The notes under the pieces were generated by a model. The model did not search any database, was not told the DNA's origin, and saw only the letters and a program-made list of their open reading frames with translations. Source: Neocallimastix sp. 'constans' (Eukaryota). Taken from it: DNA of 64,000 nt. The stretch covers positions 372,001 through 436,000 of the forward strand of contig JBODTK010000119.1 of assembly GCA_050613775.1 (NCBI GenBank). Direction: 5' to 3'. The position numbers were made by a program, and so were the translations under genes. Positions 28,501-39,303 of this stretch are shown piece by piece (within the stretch, counting starts at the first letter, position 1; every line of letters begins with the position of its first letter).

Positions 28501-30402
28501 TTTATCACAATTCTTTTCATCAAAAACTTCAATATAATCGAGATAACAAGGAGGAATAGAAATTTTATTATCACTATCGTTAACAATATTATTATTATCT
28601 AAATTCTGAATAATCAGACAGTTACACAAATTGTCTAACACACAATTTTGATAAGAAAAAAAATAGTTTGTTGGTTCGGCGACCAATTTACTTTCTTTAT
28701 TTAAAATTTCATTTTTACATGATTTAATAAAATTACATGATTTTTTGATTTTATCTATTGTACTAAGTTCTCTAAAATTACAAAAGTTAATTTTTTCTTT
28801 ACTACAATCATTATCTTTAACACTAATATTAATACTATCACTATCACTATCACTATCACTATCACTATCACTATCACTAATGGTTCTAACTTTTCTTCCA
28901 CGGACGTATTCAGCTTCGCTTTCTGATTCGGAATCCCAGAGGGGTTTACACTTATATGGAGTACTTGGTTCATAGGAATTTTCTTCTTCAGGTTCGATAT
29001 CGATCTTACACTTCTTTGAACCTTTCTTGCTTCTATTTTTGTTTTTTCTTTTTCTTTTACCATTATTACAGTTCCTAGCGCAATAACCAGAAGGAAAGGA
29101 TATTTTTTTTGAATCATGATAATTCATTGGACAATGCTTTTCAATCCAAGGAATACCTAGAATGATATCTACATCAGGAATATAAAGTGCATAGAGTTGA
29201 ATAACTTCAAAATGGTTCTTGAATCGTAAGATACACTTTTCAGTTTGTTCGTAGATGGTAGAGATACCATATCCTAGTCCAGTAACATTGAAAGATCTTT
29301 TAACTTCATTCAATTTAATTTTGTTTTTATTAACGAACGAAGGATGAATAAAATTCAAATCCGAGCCAGAGTCGATAAGAACCCTAACTGGAACTTCTTC
29401 AATATCATTTGTTTTTATATAGAAAGTAATTATATTGTTCTTTCTTTTATTCATAGCATTTTCTTCATCAGTAATAGCTCTAATTTTTTGAGCATCATCG
29501 GATTCCTTGATCATTCTAATTCTTCTTAATTTTGCCGATGGAAGATTTTCATCTGTTTCTCTAATTTTATTCTTGTGTTTAACTCCAGAAGGTCTTTTTC
29601 TGTTAGGACAATTAAACTGTAAGTGTCCTGGTTGTTTACATAAAAAACAAAGACCTTTTTTCTTTTCTTCAGAAAAGTCTCTTTTATTTTCAACATATAA
29701 ATTTTGATTATAGTTCTGGTTGTATCTTCTATATCTATCATTTTTGATCCTAAATAAATCAACATCCATAGGATCATCACGACGACTACTATTTCTCTGG
29801 TTGTGGTTACTGTTTTGTTGCGAATTTCTAACTCGTTGCTGATTATAATAGAATTCAACAAGATTAGTTCGCTTTGACAAATTTTCAATTTGAATTACAT
29901 CGGTATACAACTTGTTAAGGGAATCTGGATTTGGGTTAACAACGGCTAATTGTTCCCTCATTTTGTAATGTAATCCTTTAAGAAACATATAAATTTTGGC
30001 TGATTCGTTGAAGTCCGAATTTTGGCAAGTTGTTTTGAACTGGTTAATATATTCTAACACTTGCCCATATTTTTTCTGACGAATGGTATCTAATTTACCA
30101 TTAGCCACAATTGTCTCCACTTCTGGATCCCCATAATTAATTTTAAGTTCCCTCTTAAAATTATTTAAATTATCGATCAAGGGATCTTCATTATCCCATA
30201 GATTTGAGGCCCAATTTAAAGGATCACCTCTTAAGAATGAGGTTATAAATCTAACCTTTGATCTATCGTCTGGAAAGTCATCTGGGGTATCCTCAAAGTT
30301 CATATTTACAATTGTGAGGAACCCTTTAAGTTCTTTTCTTTCACCGTTAAAAATCGGTGGCTTACTGACCTTCCGTTTTTCTTCTCGTCCACGTTCCGCC
30401 AT
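25552..30402 (-). CDS. Gypsy B single-ORF gag-pol polyprotein with C-terminal chromodomain-like region
   Basis: First ATG at 30402 (the ORF track starts at GTG 30447). [14 protein letters not shown] knuckle, LIDSGS protease, YIDDILI RT, TDAS RNase H, HHCC and DDE integrase, GPF motif, then [31 protein letters not shown]. Confidence 0.95.
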   Translation of the reverse strand: MAERGREEKRKVSKPPIFNGERKELKGFLTIVNMNFEDTPDDFPDDRSKVRFITSFLRGDPLNWASNLWDNEDPLIDNLNNFKRELKINYGDPEVETIVANGKLDTIRQKKYGQVLEYINQFKTTCQNSDFNESAKIYMFLKGLHYKMREQLAVVNPNPDSLNKLYTDVIQIENLSKRTNLVEFYYNQQRVRNSQQNSNHNQRNSSRRDDPMDVDLFRIKNDRYRRYNQNYNQNLYVENKRDFSEEKKKGLCFLCKQPGHLQFNCPNRKRPSGVKHKNKIRETDENLPSAKLRRIRMIKESDDAQKIRAITDEENAMNKRKNNIITFYIKTNDIEEVPVRVLIDSGSDLNFIHPSFVNKNKIKLNEVKRSFNVTGLGYGISTIYEQTEKCILRFKNHFEVIQLYALYIPDVDIILGIPWIEKHCPMNYHDSKKISFPSGYCARNCNNGKRKRKNKNRSKKGSKKCKIDIEPEEENSYEPSTPYKCKPLWDSESESEAEYVRGRKVRTISDSDSDSDSDSDSDSINISVKDNDCSKEKINFCNFRELSTIDKIKKSCNFIKSCKNEILNKESKLVAEPTNYFFSYQNCVLDNLCNCLIIQNLDNNNIVNDSDNKISIPPCYLDYIEVFDEKNCDKLPPHREYDCEINLKDNSILFYGPIYPLTEAERDELKKYIKENLAKGFIRKSKSPAGAPVLFVKKKDGTLRLCIDYRKLNEMTIRNSYPLPLISELIDRVKGAKYFTKLDLKSAYNLVRIKEGDEYKTAFRTRYGHYEYLVMPFGLKNAPATFQHFINDVLSDYLDDFVISYIDDILIYSNNLEEHHEHVRKVLKKLLDNNLYVKLEKCEFDVTETSFLGYIISKDGLKPDPEKIKAILDWPVPTNVKEVQSFIGLCNYYRVFIKDFAKIALPIHKLTRKNVPFIWGPEQQYAFVKLKELFTSAPILINPDSNKPFIVETDASNFAVGAVLSQEVDGILHPVAFISSSLTKSQRNYPIYDKILLAIKVALEQWRHFLEGARHPFTIYTDHKNLTFPRKPEMLSQRQIRWYEFLSRFDFNIVYRSGKKSGKPDLLSRRSDHLFNFEFNSSCRVINCFTINNDTLANSILNALENDEFYNSVKSSLSINNAANPKIQNINKFMIDKEGFLLFNNLIYVPKSIRTRVLELHHDSPTAGHFGVSKTQELLSRNFWWPNFSLDVKKFIKSCEVCCKSKIPRHKPYGLLSPLSTPNRAWSDISMDFIVELPKSKDMTTIMVVVDRLTKMAHFIPFRCLPTASIAADAFISNIFKLHGFPDSIISDRGSQFTSEFWNRLCKLLDITHSLSTSNHPETDGQTERVNGILEQYLRCFINERQNNWVDLLPFAEFAYNNTLHQSINQSPFFANYGFNPKFSPEIPSSERPSRAEKRILDINKNIEFLKRNLEEAKKTYKKYADLKRLPSPNFEVGKKVWLLKGSTTKNVKRKLADQLIGPFEIIEKVSPLAYKLKLPNNMHCHPIFHVSLLEPYYENEFEDRNVNKRKSINLTTNNSDKIPDKIINMRTYKGKNRFLISWKGSNEDSWIDEDQILDKQLIQEYFRKNKKNKTRTKDQESIKNDDHANDFIVRHKYQPFVIELPSRNDSRRSST

Positions 30403-30720
30403 ATCTTCAATGTGGAGGTTTCTTAGCCTAATATTAAGTTCTTCCACTTTGAAAAAATAAAATTAAAAGAATTCTTATATACGATTATTATTTTTATTTA
30501 AATTTACTATTATAATATTATGTAAAGTCGACTTGGCTCTAACCGCTTGAAATGGTGCCCGTCGAGTAAACAAAATTATTATAATAATAATAAGTTTAAA
30601 TAAAAATAATCTCAAATATTCCAATATAATTAGTAATCACGGCGGCGACTTAATGGGTGCAATTATAATTAGTACTTCTTCAAATAGTACTTCTTCTATT
30701 ATTACTTCTTGTTTCTTCTC

Positions 30721-30962
30721 TTAGTAATTCTTCAAATGGTAGTTTTCTAATAGGTAGTTCTCTAATTGGTAATTCTCTAACTGGTAGTTTTCTAACTGGT
30801 AGTTCTCTAATTGGTAATTCTCTAACTGGTAGTTTTCTAACTGGTAGTTTTCTAACTGGTAGTTTTCTAACTGGTAGTTCTCTAATTGGTAGTTCTTTAA
30901 CTGGTAGTTCTCTAACTGGTAGTTCTTTAACTGGTAGTTCTTTAACTGGTAGTTCTCTAATC
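30721..30962. repeat. 15-bp minisatellite (ctggtagttYtctaa, ~16 copies) in the Gypsy B leader
   Basis: Directly visible. Translates as (ENYQL)n on the minus strand. Confidence 0.9.
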
Positions 30963-31552
30963 TCGTGATCGTAACGTGCTCCACTTTTTATAACAAGGTA
31001 GTTGTTATTGTAAAATGTTCCTTATGGAGCAGATTACAATTACGAAAAAAAAAAAAAACAAAAACTAATCTAAAATTAAATAAAGTTATAAAAAACTAAA
31101 ACTAATTCAATAAGCTTTTTATTCAATTTGTTTTGACTCAAATTGAATAAGTTCTTATTTATTATTTATTTATTATTCTTTTATTATTAATACTATTAAT
31201 TATATATTACTATTTAATTTTTATGATTATTAAACTAAACTAAAATTAAACTAAACTAAAATTAAACTAAACTAAAATTAAACTAAACTAAAATTAAACT
31301 AAACTAAAATTATTAATATATTTTATTACTAAATTTTAGGTTATTTAAAAATTAATTTTATATTTTTAAATTTATATATTATATGAAATATAAATTTATT
31401 ATTAATTTTCATAAATCAATTAATTTCATAAATTAATATATTTTACATAATTTAATGCATTAGCATTATTTTGTAAACGTGAATTACATTAAATAATTTA
31501 ATGTACAAAATAAATTAATTAATGTACTAAAGATATTGATCATATCTTTACA

Positions 31553-33031
31553 GAGCCACACCTTATCATTACGGATAATGATAATAATATTATTAATACT
31601 TATAGGTCAATTGATGGAAGAAACACATTTAGAATCAAAATAAACAATAAATATAATAACTTAATTATGAACACCGATAATGATAATCTTTGGCATAGAA
31701 GACTTGGTCACTTCTATCACAAAGATTTATCAAAATTTATAAAGGAACACACCACAAGTCATAATAACAATGACAATAATTGTATTACTTGTGGAATAGC
31801 TAAAATGAAAAGGTTACCTCACAACAGGGTAACTCCTAAAGCTACCAAGTTATTAGATGTTATCCACTCCGACATTGTTGGTCCTTTCCCGGATTCATTT
31901 TTTGGTTTTAAATTCATCATTACTTTCATTGATGAATTCTCTAGGAAAGCCTGGATTTTTACTATGAAAAGAAAATCAGATGCCATCGATATTATTATTA
32001 ATTTTTTCAAATATTTAAATAATCTTTTTCCAAATTATAAAATTACTAATTTCAAATCGGACCAAGGAAAAGAATATTGTAGTAGAAGAGTCAACAAATT
32101 CTGTAAAAAGAATGGTATTAGAAAACTCTATTCTCCTCCAAGAAATCCTCAAAATAATGGAATTGCTGAACGATTTAATCAAACCATTCTTTATTCCCTA
32201 AAATGTTTATTAAGCTGGAGTAAACTCAACATTAAATTTTGGGATTTTGCTATACGTTATTCAAAATATCTTTATAATCTTACTCCTCATTCAGGAATAA
32301 ATAATCAAATTCCCAATGAAGTATTTTATGGTACTCCAATTCATGTTAATCATATTAAAGTTTTTGGATGCATCGCTTATTATAAGGATTTCTCTCCCAA
32401 GAAAGGAAAATTAGATCCTAACGCCAAAAAAGGTTTTTTCTTAGGTTTCAGTAATGATTCTAATTCTTATTTAATAATGGACTATAATAATTTTTCTCTA
32501 CATCAAGTAAGAGAAGTATTATTTCAAGAAGACACCCCTGCCTGCATTACTAAAGATATTACAAAAAGAATTTCGCCTTATGTTAAAGACAATAATAATA
32601 AATTAAATTTATGCTTAGATTTATCTTTTATCAACAAATTATTAAGCAATTATACAAATAATAATATACATAATAATAATAATATCAACAACAATTATGA
32701 CAATAATGACGATAATTATTTTATTCCTGACAATAATAATATCATTAATATTCCTGATAATCCACCTAATAATATTAATATTCATAATAATATTCCTAAT
32801 AATGATATTCATAATAATAATTATAATAATAATTCTCCTGATGATTATAATGTTAATAATAATAACTTTAACAATAATTTAAATATTGATAATTATATTT
32901 CAGATCAAAATAATAATAATAATTTTTCATATCAAAATAATGAAAAATTTTTAATTAATAAAAATTTGTCAAAAAATGAACAAAATTTAAATAATAATAA
33001 TTTCAATAATAATTTTAATAATAATAATAAT
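31553..33031 (+). CDS. Copia A integrase segment
   Basis: In frame with the protease segment once B is removed (GAG CCA CAC...). LWHRRLGH..CITC, HSDIVGP, KSDQGKEY, QNNGIAER. Ends in poly-Asn at the Copia C insertion. Confidence 0.93.
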
Positions 33032-33393
33032 TGATAACTACTTAATAATTATACTATATATTTATTTATATTATTTTATATATTTATTTATTATGTAATT
33101 TATTAAAGTGTACTTGTGTTAATGTTTTATGTAAATTAGTTAATACGTTTATTTTATATTGTATAAACTATGTCAACAATTATTTTAATTATTTTGTGTA
33201 ACATGTATTTACGTAACAAATGTATTCATGTGATATAGTTCTATATAAACATCATGAATGTACTATCCACTTCTCTCTTTGTTAACCATAATACTTTCGT
33301 ATTATTATATTAAATAAATAAACAACATATATCAGATTAAGAGTCTCATTCGATTCTATTCTAATATTAAAAGTTTTTTTTAAAAAATACGAC

Positions 33394-34430
33394 ATGCCTC
33401 AAGAAACTACTTTAGCTAAAGACCAACGCCTTCGTGGAAAGTCTAACTTCAACGAATGGAAACTTTTATTGTAACCGCTGCCAAAACTCAAGCTATTGAA
33501 GACTTTTTAGAAGATGATATTATCAGTCATCTAAATAATGAATTCTTTGTTTACGCCCCAAACGGTAATGAACCAACCAACAGGGTCATTACGGACATTC
33601 TTAACAATTTAAACCTCCCAATTCCTGGTCAAGAACCTCGTCCTGTTAGAGAAAACAATGACGCACCAGAGAATGTAAACAATAATGCTCTAGAACCATT
33701 ATTGGATAATAGAACAAAAAGATTGATTATCAAAGAGGCTATAAAAATGGATGCCGAATTGATGTTATTGATTTTAAAAAATATTGACGAAAAAATCGTT
33801 AAAGAGATAAGTCGTCTAACTAACAGTTATCGTATTATGGAAAAACTCAAGGGAAAATACGGTAACAACAACGCTGATATGGAGTACTGGCTTAAAATAC
33901 TCAAAAGTTTAAAGCCAAAGAACAAAAATGAAGTAATCAAAATGTTGGACCAAGCGAAAGAAATTTTCGTAGAAATGGAAGAAGTTGATTTAGGTATTAC
34001 AAACAAGGAAAAATTAAAATACCTATATAACATTCTTACTGATGACTATAAAAATATTGTTCAATTCGACTTGAACAGTGATGCAGATGAGTACTTAGAT
34101 ACTCTCAAAAGAATTATCTCAGCAAGGTCATATGTTGAAAACTGGGATGACATTAAAGAAAAAGATGAAGATGATGATCCTATGGACCTTGATTACCTTA
34201 GCAAGAGGAAAAGAACTACAAAATTAAACAAAAAACCTTCAAGTTCAATTAACAATAAGAAAAATAAACATAAATATAAGAAAGAAAATAAAAGTTATTG
34301 TCATATATGTGATATGAACGGACATTCCACAAAAGAATGTCATTTCAATCTTAAAAACAAAGAAAACAATATTAAAAATCAGCATAATAATAAAAAAGGG
34401 AGGCAAAATCAACAACAAGAGAAGAAATAA
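33394..34430 (+). CDS. Copia C gag (1-nt frameshift at ~33461)
   Basis: ATG 33394 gives MPQETTLAKDQRLRGKSNFNEWK, then shifts into the 33456-34430 frame. CHICDMNGHSTKEC knuckle. TAA at 34428-34430. Confidence 0.85.
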
Positions 34431-37400
34431 TTAAATTACTTGGTAAACTCAAGAAACTATAATGATTATAGAAATAATTGTACCCCAAAATACACCAAAA
34501 ATGAGGATTACTCTGATAATGCCAGCAATTACGATGAAAACTTTGATTTTGAGGATGCTAGAGCATTAATGTATCAGAGAAAGCAAAATAATAAATATAT
34601 AAATTTATTGGAGGTTATTCCAAATAATAACAAACATACTCATGATTTTGATAACATATACGATAAATCCATTGATTTTATTAATCATAGTAACTTAATA
34701 ACAGATGATGTTACATGGTTTTATGATACAGGTGCCGGTGAACATGTAACGAATGATAAATCTTTACTTGTGAACTTTAAATATGAATCCGTTAAGTTGT
34801 GTTGTGCAAATGGTTCAATTTGCCAATTTGAAGGATATGGAACTTATGAATGTTTCATAAATAAACAATATATTAAACTTGAAAAAGTTTTATTTTCCAA
34901 AAATGTTCACAAAAATCTTATTAGTGGTATAGAACTTGCAAAATCAGGTTTTATTTCTTTAATTGATTCTTCTGATGGAGAAAAAGCTAGACTAAAATTG
35001 TGGGATAAGAATAAAACTAATCTAGGTACATTCCTATCATCTAAATATAATCAATTTCCTATCAAAACACAACATTTAAACAGTAATAAAATAATAGGAA
35101 ATGACATATTGCATATAGGTAAATTAAATGACAAAAGTATTGAAATATGGCATAGAAGATTAGGCCATTTTTATCAAAGTAATTTACCTAAATACCTAGA
35201 TCTACATAATATAAAAGCTCCTCCATGCATAGATTGCAAAATTTCTAAGATGAGGAGGGGATCTCATAAAGGGAAAACTCCAAAGGCAACAGAACTCCTG
35301 GAAATAATTCATTCAGACATTTCTGGGCCGTATAATCTATCCATTAATAACAAGAAATACTTTCTCACAATGATGGACGAATTCTCTAGAAAAGTATGGA
35401 TATTTACTCTTAAGTCAAAAGCTGAAGCTCCAGATAAAATAATAGAATTATTTACTTATCTAAATAATCAATTTAAGGATTATACGATAAAAATATTTAA
35501 ATCTGATGGAGGAAAGGAATATAAAAATAAAAAGATAAACAAGTATTGTAAAGAAAATGGTATCGAAAAGGTGTATTCTCCTCCTTATTGCCCAGAAATA
35601 AACGGAAAAGCTGAAAAAATTAATAATACACTTAGAAATTCAGCAAAAACACTTATGTATTGGGCTAAATTATCGGAAAACTTCTGGAACTTTGCGATAA
35701 AGCATGCTTGTTATTTATACAATATGATTCCACATTCAGGAAACAATAATTTAATTCCTGACGAAGTATTTTATAATAAAAAAGTAAATATAAAACATTT
35801 AAGAACTTTTGGATGCACTTGCTACTTCAGAGACCAAAGTCCACACAAATCCAAATTTCAACCAAATTCAAGGAAAGGCATTTTTCTTGGTTTTGACAAA
35901 AAGAAATATTCGTATATTATTATGGACAAAGAAACTAGAAAATTAAATTATGTTAGTGACATTGAATGCGTTGAAGAAGAACCAGGAAATTTTAAATATC
36001 CGAATAACGGCTTCCAAGACCCTTATTTCTCTTTTACTAAAATGGACCTTGATGAAAGAAACATGAGAAATAGAAATATAAATGACGATAATAATTATAA
36101 TGACAATAATCTTCTAAATGAAAATATCAATTTAAATGAGAACAATATTTTAAACATAAATAATAATTTAAATCTAGATAATAATGTAAATGAAGATAAT
36201 AATATCAATATAGCTAACGACAATAACGAGAACAATGTTTTAAATGAAAACAATAATGAGAATAACAATGAAAATAATAATAATAATTTGGACAATATTA
36301 ATTTAAATGAAAATGTAAATTTAATGGACAATAATAATTTTATTGAAAATAACGACATTAATGAAGAAGAAAATAACATATCAAAAGAAAATAATACTGT
36401 GGGAAAAAACGATTTAATTAAAAATAATCCAAATGAAGAAATAAAATCAAATGAAATTGATAAAAAACACCCTATAAATTCTGGTGATGTAAATATTCCT
36501 TCAGCTAAAAATAAAGGCAAAGAAAAAATCAATGAAAATGACGAAAATTTAAATTTTGAAAAAAGTGAAAAAAGTTTTATTAATAAAAATTTTTCAAAAA
36601 TTGAACCAAAAATTTCTAAACAGCCATTGGTCAAAATAAATTTATCAGATCCTTGTTCATCAAATAGTAATATAAATAATATTTTAAATAATACCTTATC
36701 AACCTCACGTGATAAAATTTTACATAAATCTTCATCTGAAAATTTAGAAAATGATAATACACATGATCATAATAATAATACTAATGATCGACATAAAATT
36801 ATTGAAATTTCTAATAAAACTATGGATAATAAAAATTTTTCAAAAAATGATGAAAATTTTAATAATAAAAATTTTTTATCAAACAATGACAATAAAATTA
36901 CAAATTTTAAAAATTCCAACACACCCATTAATAAAATTACCAATAATTTACCTATTTCATCAAACTCGCATAATGATAATACTTTTAATAATTATACTCT
37001 TAATAAGGCTTCAAATGATACTATTATTTCCAACTCCTCAGTTGATACTTCTTTACAAGACATCGATAATTCTAATACTCAAGATTCACGAAAAATTGAT
37101 ATTAATATTTCTAATAATTCCAATTTTAACAATTCAACCAATACCACTAATAATTTGCAATACAATGATAATCTATACCAAGATAATCAGTCTCTTACAT
37201 CAATTGCTCATAACATTATTAAATCTAATGAAAATGAAATTATGGATGATATAATGATTAATAACGATGAAATTAATAATTCTCATTCTTCCAGAAAACG
37301 TCCTTTACCCCCAAATTCTCCCGATTCCAAAACAGTTATTCCTTCCACTCTTAGAACTTTAAGAAGAAAGTTGGATATTGATGATTCTTATATGATCGCT

Positions 37401-38927
37401 TCTATTTATTCTGATTCTCCAAATAGCTATGATGAAGCCATTAGTTGCAAAAATAAAAATTACTGGATTAATGCCATAAAAGATGAGTTAAATAATTTAT
37501 ATTCAAATAAGATTATGACTTTTGTTTCAAAAGTTCCTCCTGGAAAAAATATTATTTCTACGAAATGGGTTTTTGCTACTAAGAGGGATAGTAATAATTT
37601 TATTTACAAATATAAAGCTCGTCTGGTTGCCAGAGGCTTCCGTCAAAAATGGGGTATTGATTATGATCTTACGTATTCCCCAACTTTAAATATTGATAGT
37701 CTTAAACTCATTTTTGCTTTATCTGCTGCTTTTCATTGGGACATTTTTCAACTTGATATTAAGGCTGCTTACCTTAATGCTCCTCTCGACAAGGATATTT
37801 ACACTACCATTCCTAAAGGCGATATAAACTTTGGGAGGGGATACTGGAAACTAAACAAAGCATTATATGGCCTTAAGCAATCCGGTAGACAGTGGTACGA
37901 AACAATAAGAAAATTTTTAATTAATAATAATTTTGAACAAATAAAAGCCGAACAATGCATATTCAAACATTCAATAAATAATAAAACAAAATGTATAATT
38001 GGACTCTATGTTGATGACATGGTCATTGCTGGTGAAATAAAATTTATCAAAGATATAATATCAAAAATTAAAAGAAAATTCAAAATATCAAATTGTGGAC
38101 CAATCGAATATATTTTAGGTATTAAAGTAGAAAAACAAAATAATAGTTATATAATTTCACAGAAAAGTTTTATTGAAAATATGTTAAAAAAATTCAATAT
38201 AAGCAATACTCGAAAAAGAAAAACACCCTGCACAGGAGACAATGATATATCCGAAAATAAAAAGCCTTTCGATAAAACAATATACAAAAGTGCAATTGGA
38301 TCCTTAATTTATTTATCAAAATGTACAAGGCCGGAAATCTCTTTCGCCGTTAATAAAGCTTCCAGAAAATGTGAACAACCAACAATTTCAGACTGGAACA
38401 AAGTAATAAATATTTTAAAATATATAAATAGTACAAAAGATTATAAAATTAAATATGATGGAAAGGGGGAGTTAATTGCATACACGGACTCGGATTTCGC
38501 AGGCGATAAAATTGATAGAAAGTCTACTTCAGGTGGAATTATTTTAATGGGAAAAAGTCCTATATGCTGGATATCTAAAAAACAAACGTGCGTTGCTACT
38601 TCTACCGCAGAGGCCGAATATATAAGTACTTCAGAAAACGTCAAGAAAATATTATGGATAAGAAACATTATTAAAGAAATACTAAATAAGAAATTAAATA
38701 TAACAATCTACACTGATAATCAAGCAAGTAAATGTATAATGGAAAATGGTGAAATCAATACTAAGTTAAAACATATAGATGTCAGATACCATTTCAATAG
38801 AGATAACATATTAAAGAAAAGAATAAATCTAAAATATATAGACACGGAAAACATGCTAGCCGACATATTAACAAAAGATTCAAATGGTGCAAAAATACTA
38901 AAATTTACAAATAATATTTTTATATAA
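34431..38927 (+). CDS. Copia C pol (PR-IN-Asn-rich linker-RT-RNase H), same frame as gag
   Basis: WFYDTGAGEH, WHRRLGH, KSDGGKEY, KARLVARGF, LYVDDMV, YTDSDFAGD, KHIDVRYHF, MLADILTK. Confidence 0.95.
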   Translation, partial: LNYLVNSRNYNDYRNNCTPKYTKNEDYSDNASNYDENFDFEDARALMYQRKQNNKYINLLEVIPNNNKHTHDFDNIYDKSIDFINHSNLITDDVTWFYDTGAGEHVTNDKSLLVNFKYESVKLCCANGSICQFEGYGTYECFINKQYIKLEKVLFSKNVHKNLISGIELAKSGFISLIDSSDGEKARLKLWDKNKTNLGTFLSSKYNQFPIKTQHLNSNKIIGNDILHIGKLNDKSIEIWHRRLGHFYQSNLPKYLDLHNIKAPPCIDCKISKMRRGSHKGKTPKATELLEIIHSDISGPYNLSINNKKYFLTMMDEFSRKVWIFTLKSKAEAPDKIIELFTYLNNQFKDYTIKIFKSDGGKEYKNKKINKYCKENGIEKVYSPPYCPEINGKAEKINNTLRNSAKTLMYWAKLSENFWNFAIKHACYLYNMIPHSGNNNLIPDEVFYNKKVNIKHLRTFGCTCYFRDQSPHKSKFQPNSRKGIFLGFDKKKYSYIIMDKETRKLNYVSDIECVEEEPGNFKYPNNGFQDPYFSFTKMDLDERNMRNRNINDDNNYNDNNLLNENINLNENNILNINNNLNLDNNVNEDNNINIANDNNENNVLNENNNENNNENNNNNLDNINLNENVNLMDNNNFIENNDINEEENNISKENNTVGKNDLIKNNPNEEIKSNEIDKKHPINSGDVNIPSAKNKGKEKINENDENLNFEKSEKSFINKNFSKIEPKISKQPLVKINLSDPCSSNSNINNILNNTLSTSRDKILHKSSSENLENDNTHDHNNNTNDRHKIIEISNKTMDNKNFSKNDENFNNKNFLSNNDNKITNFKNSNTPINKITNNLPISSNSHNDNTFNNYTLNKASNDTIISNSSVDTSLQDIDNSNTQDSRKIDINISNNSNFNNSTNTTNNLQYNDNLYQDNQSLTSIAHNIIKSNENEIMDDIMINNDEINNSHSSRKRPLPPNSPDSKTVIPSTLRTLRRKLDIDDSYMIASIYSDSPNSYDEAISCKNKNYWINAIKDELNNLYSNKIMTFVSKVPPGKNIISTKWVFATKRDSNNFIYKYKARLVARGFRQKWGIDYDLTYSPTLNIDSLKLIFALSAAFHWDIFQLDIKAAYLNAPLDKDIYTTIPKGDINFGRGYWKLNKALYGLKQSGRQWYETIRKFLINNNFEQIKAEQCIFKHSINNKTKCIIGLYVDDMVIAGEIKFIKDIISKIKRKFKISNCGPIEYILGIKVEKQNNSYIISQKSFIENMLKKFNISNTRKRKTPCTGDNDISENKKPFDKTIYKSAIGSLIYLSKCTRPEISFAVNKASRKCEQPTISDWNKVINILKYINSTKDYKIKYDGKGELIAYTDSDFAGDKIDRKSTSGGIILMGKSPICWISKKQTCVATSTAEAEYISTSENVKKILWIRNIIKEILNKKLNITIYTDNQASKCIMENGEINTKLKHIDVRYHFNRDNILKKRINLKYIDTENMLADILTKDSNGAKILKFTNNIFI

Positions 38928-39249
38928 AAATCTCATTTGAGGGGGAGTGATAACTACTTAATAATTATACTATATATTTATTTATATTATTTTATATATT
39001 TATTTATTATGTAATTTATTAAAGTGTACTTGTGTTAATGTTTTATGTAAATTAGTTAATACGTTTATTTTATATTGTATAAACTATGTCAACAATTATT
39101 TTAATTATTTTGTGTAACATGTATTTACGTAACAAATGTATTCATGTGATATAGTTCTATATAAACATCATGAATGTACTATCCACTTCTCTCTTTGTTA
39201 ACCATAATACTTTCGTATTATTATATTAAATAAATAAACAACATATATC

Positions 39250-39255
<6 letters not shown>

Positions 39256-39303
<48 letters not shown>

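Larger units (their letters stand above)
24998..31552 (-). mobile_element. Ty3/Gypsy chromovirus-like LTR retrotransposon B nested in Copia A
   Basis: 544-bp LTRs at 24998-25541 and 31009-31552 (TGTAA..TTACA; one substitution seen). 5-bp TSD GAGCC (24993-24997 / 31553-31557). PPT aaagggcgagat on the minus strand at 25542-25553. Confidence 0.97.
33032..39250 (+). mobile_element. Ty1/Copia LTR retrotransposon C nested in Copia A
   Basis: 303-bp LTRs at 33032-33334 and 38948-39250 (TGATA..TATCA). TSD ATAAT (33027-33031 / 39251-39255). PBS GATTAAGAGTCTCAT at 33335-33349. PPT ttgagggggag. Confidence 0.97.

Noticed and set aside
26412..38668. Short alternative-frame or antisense ORFs inside the retrotransposon polyproteins, as possible env or accessory genes
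   Set aside because: All overlap gag-pol, and their hydrophobic character comes from AAT/ATT repeats. No free-standing extra ORF exists between pol and the 3' LTR in any element.
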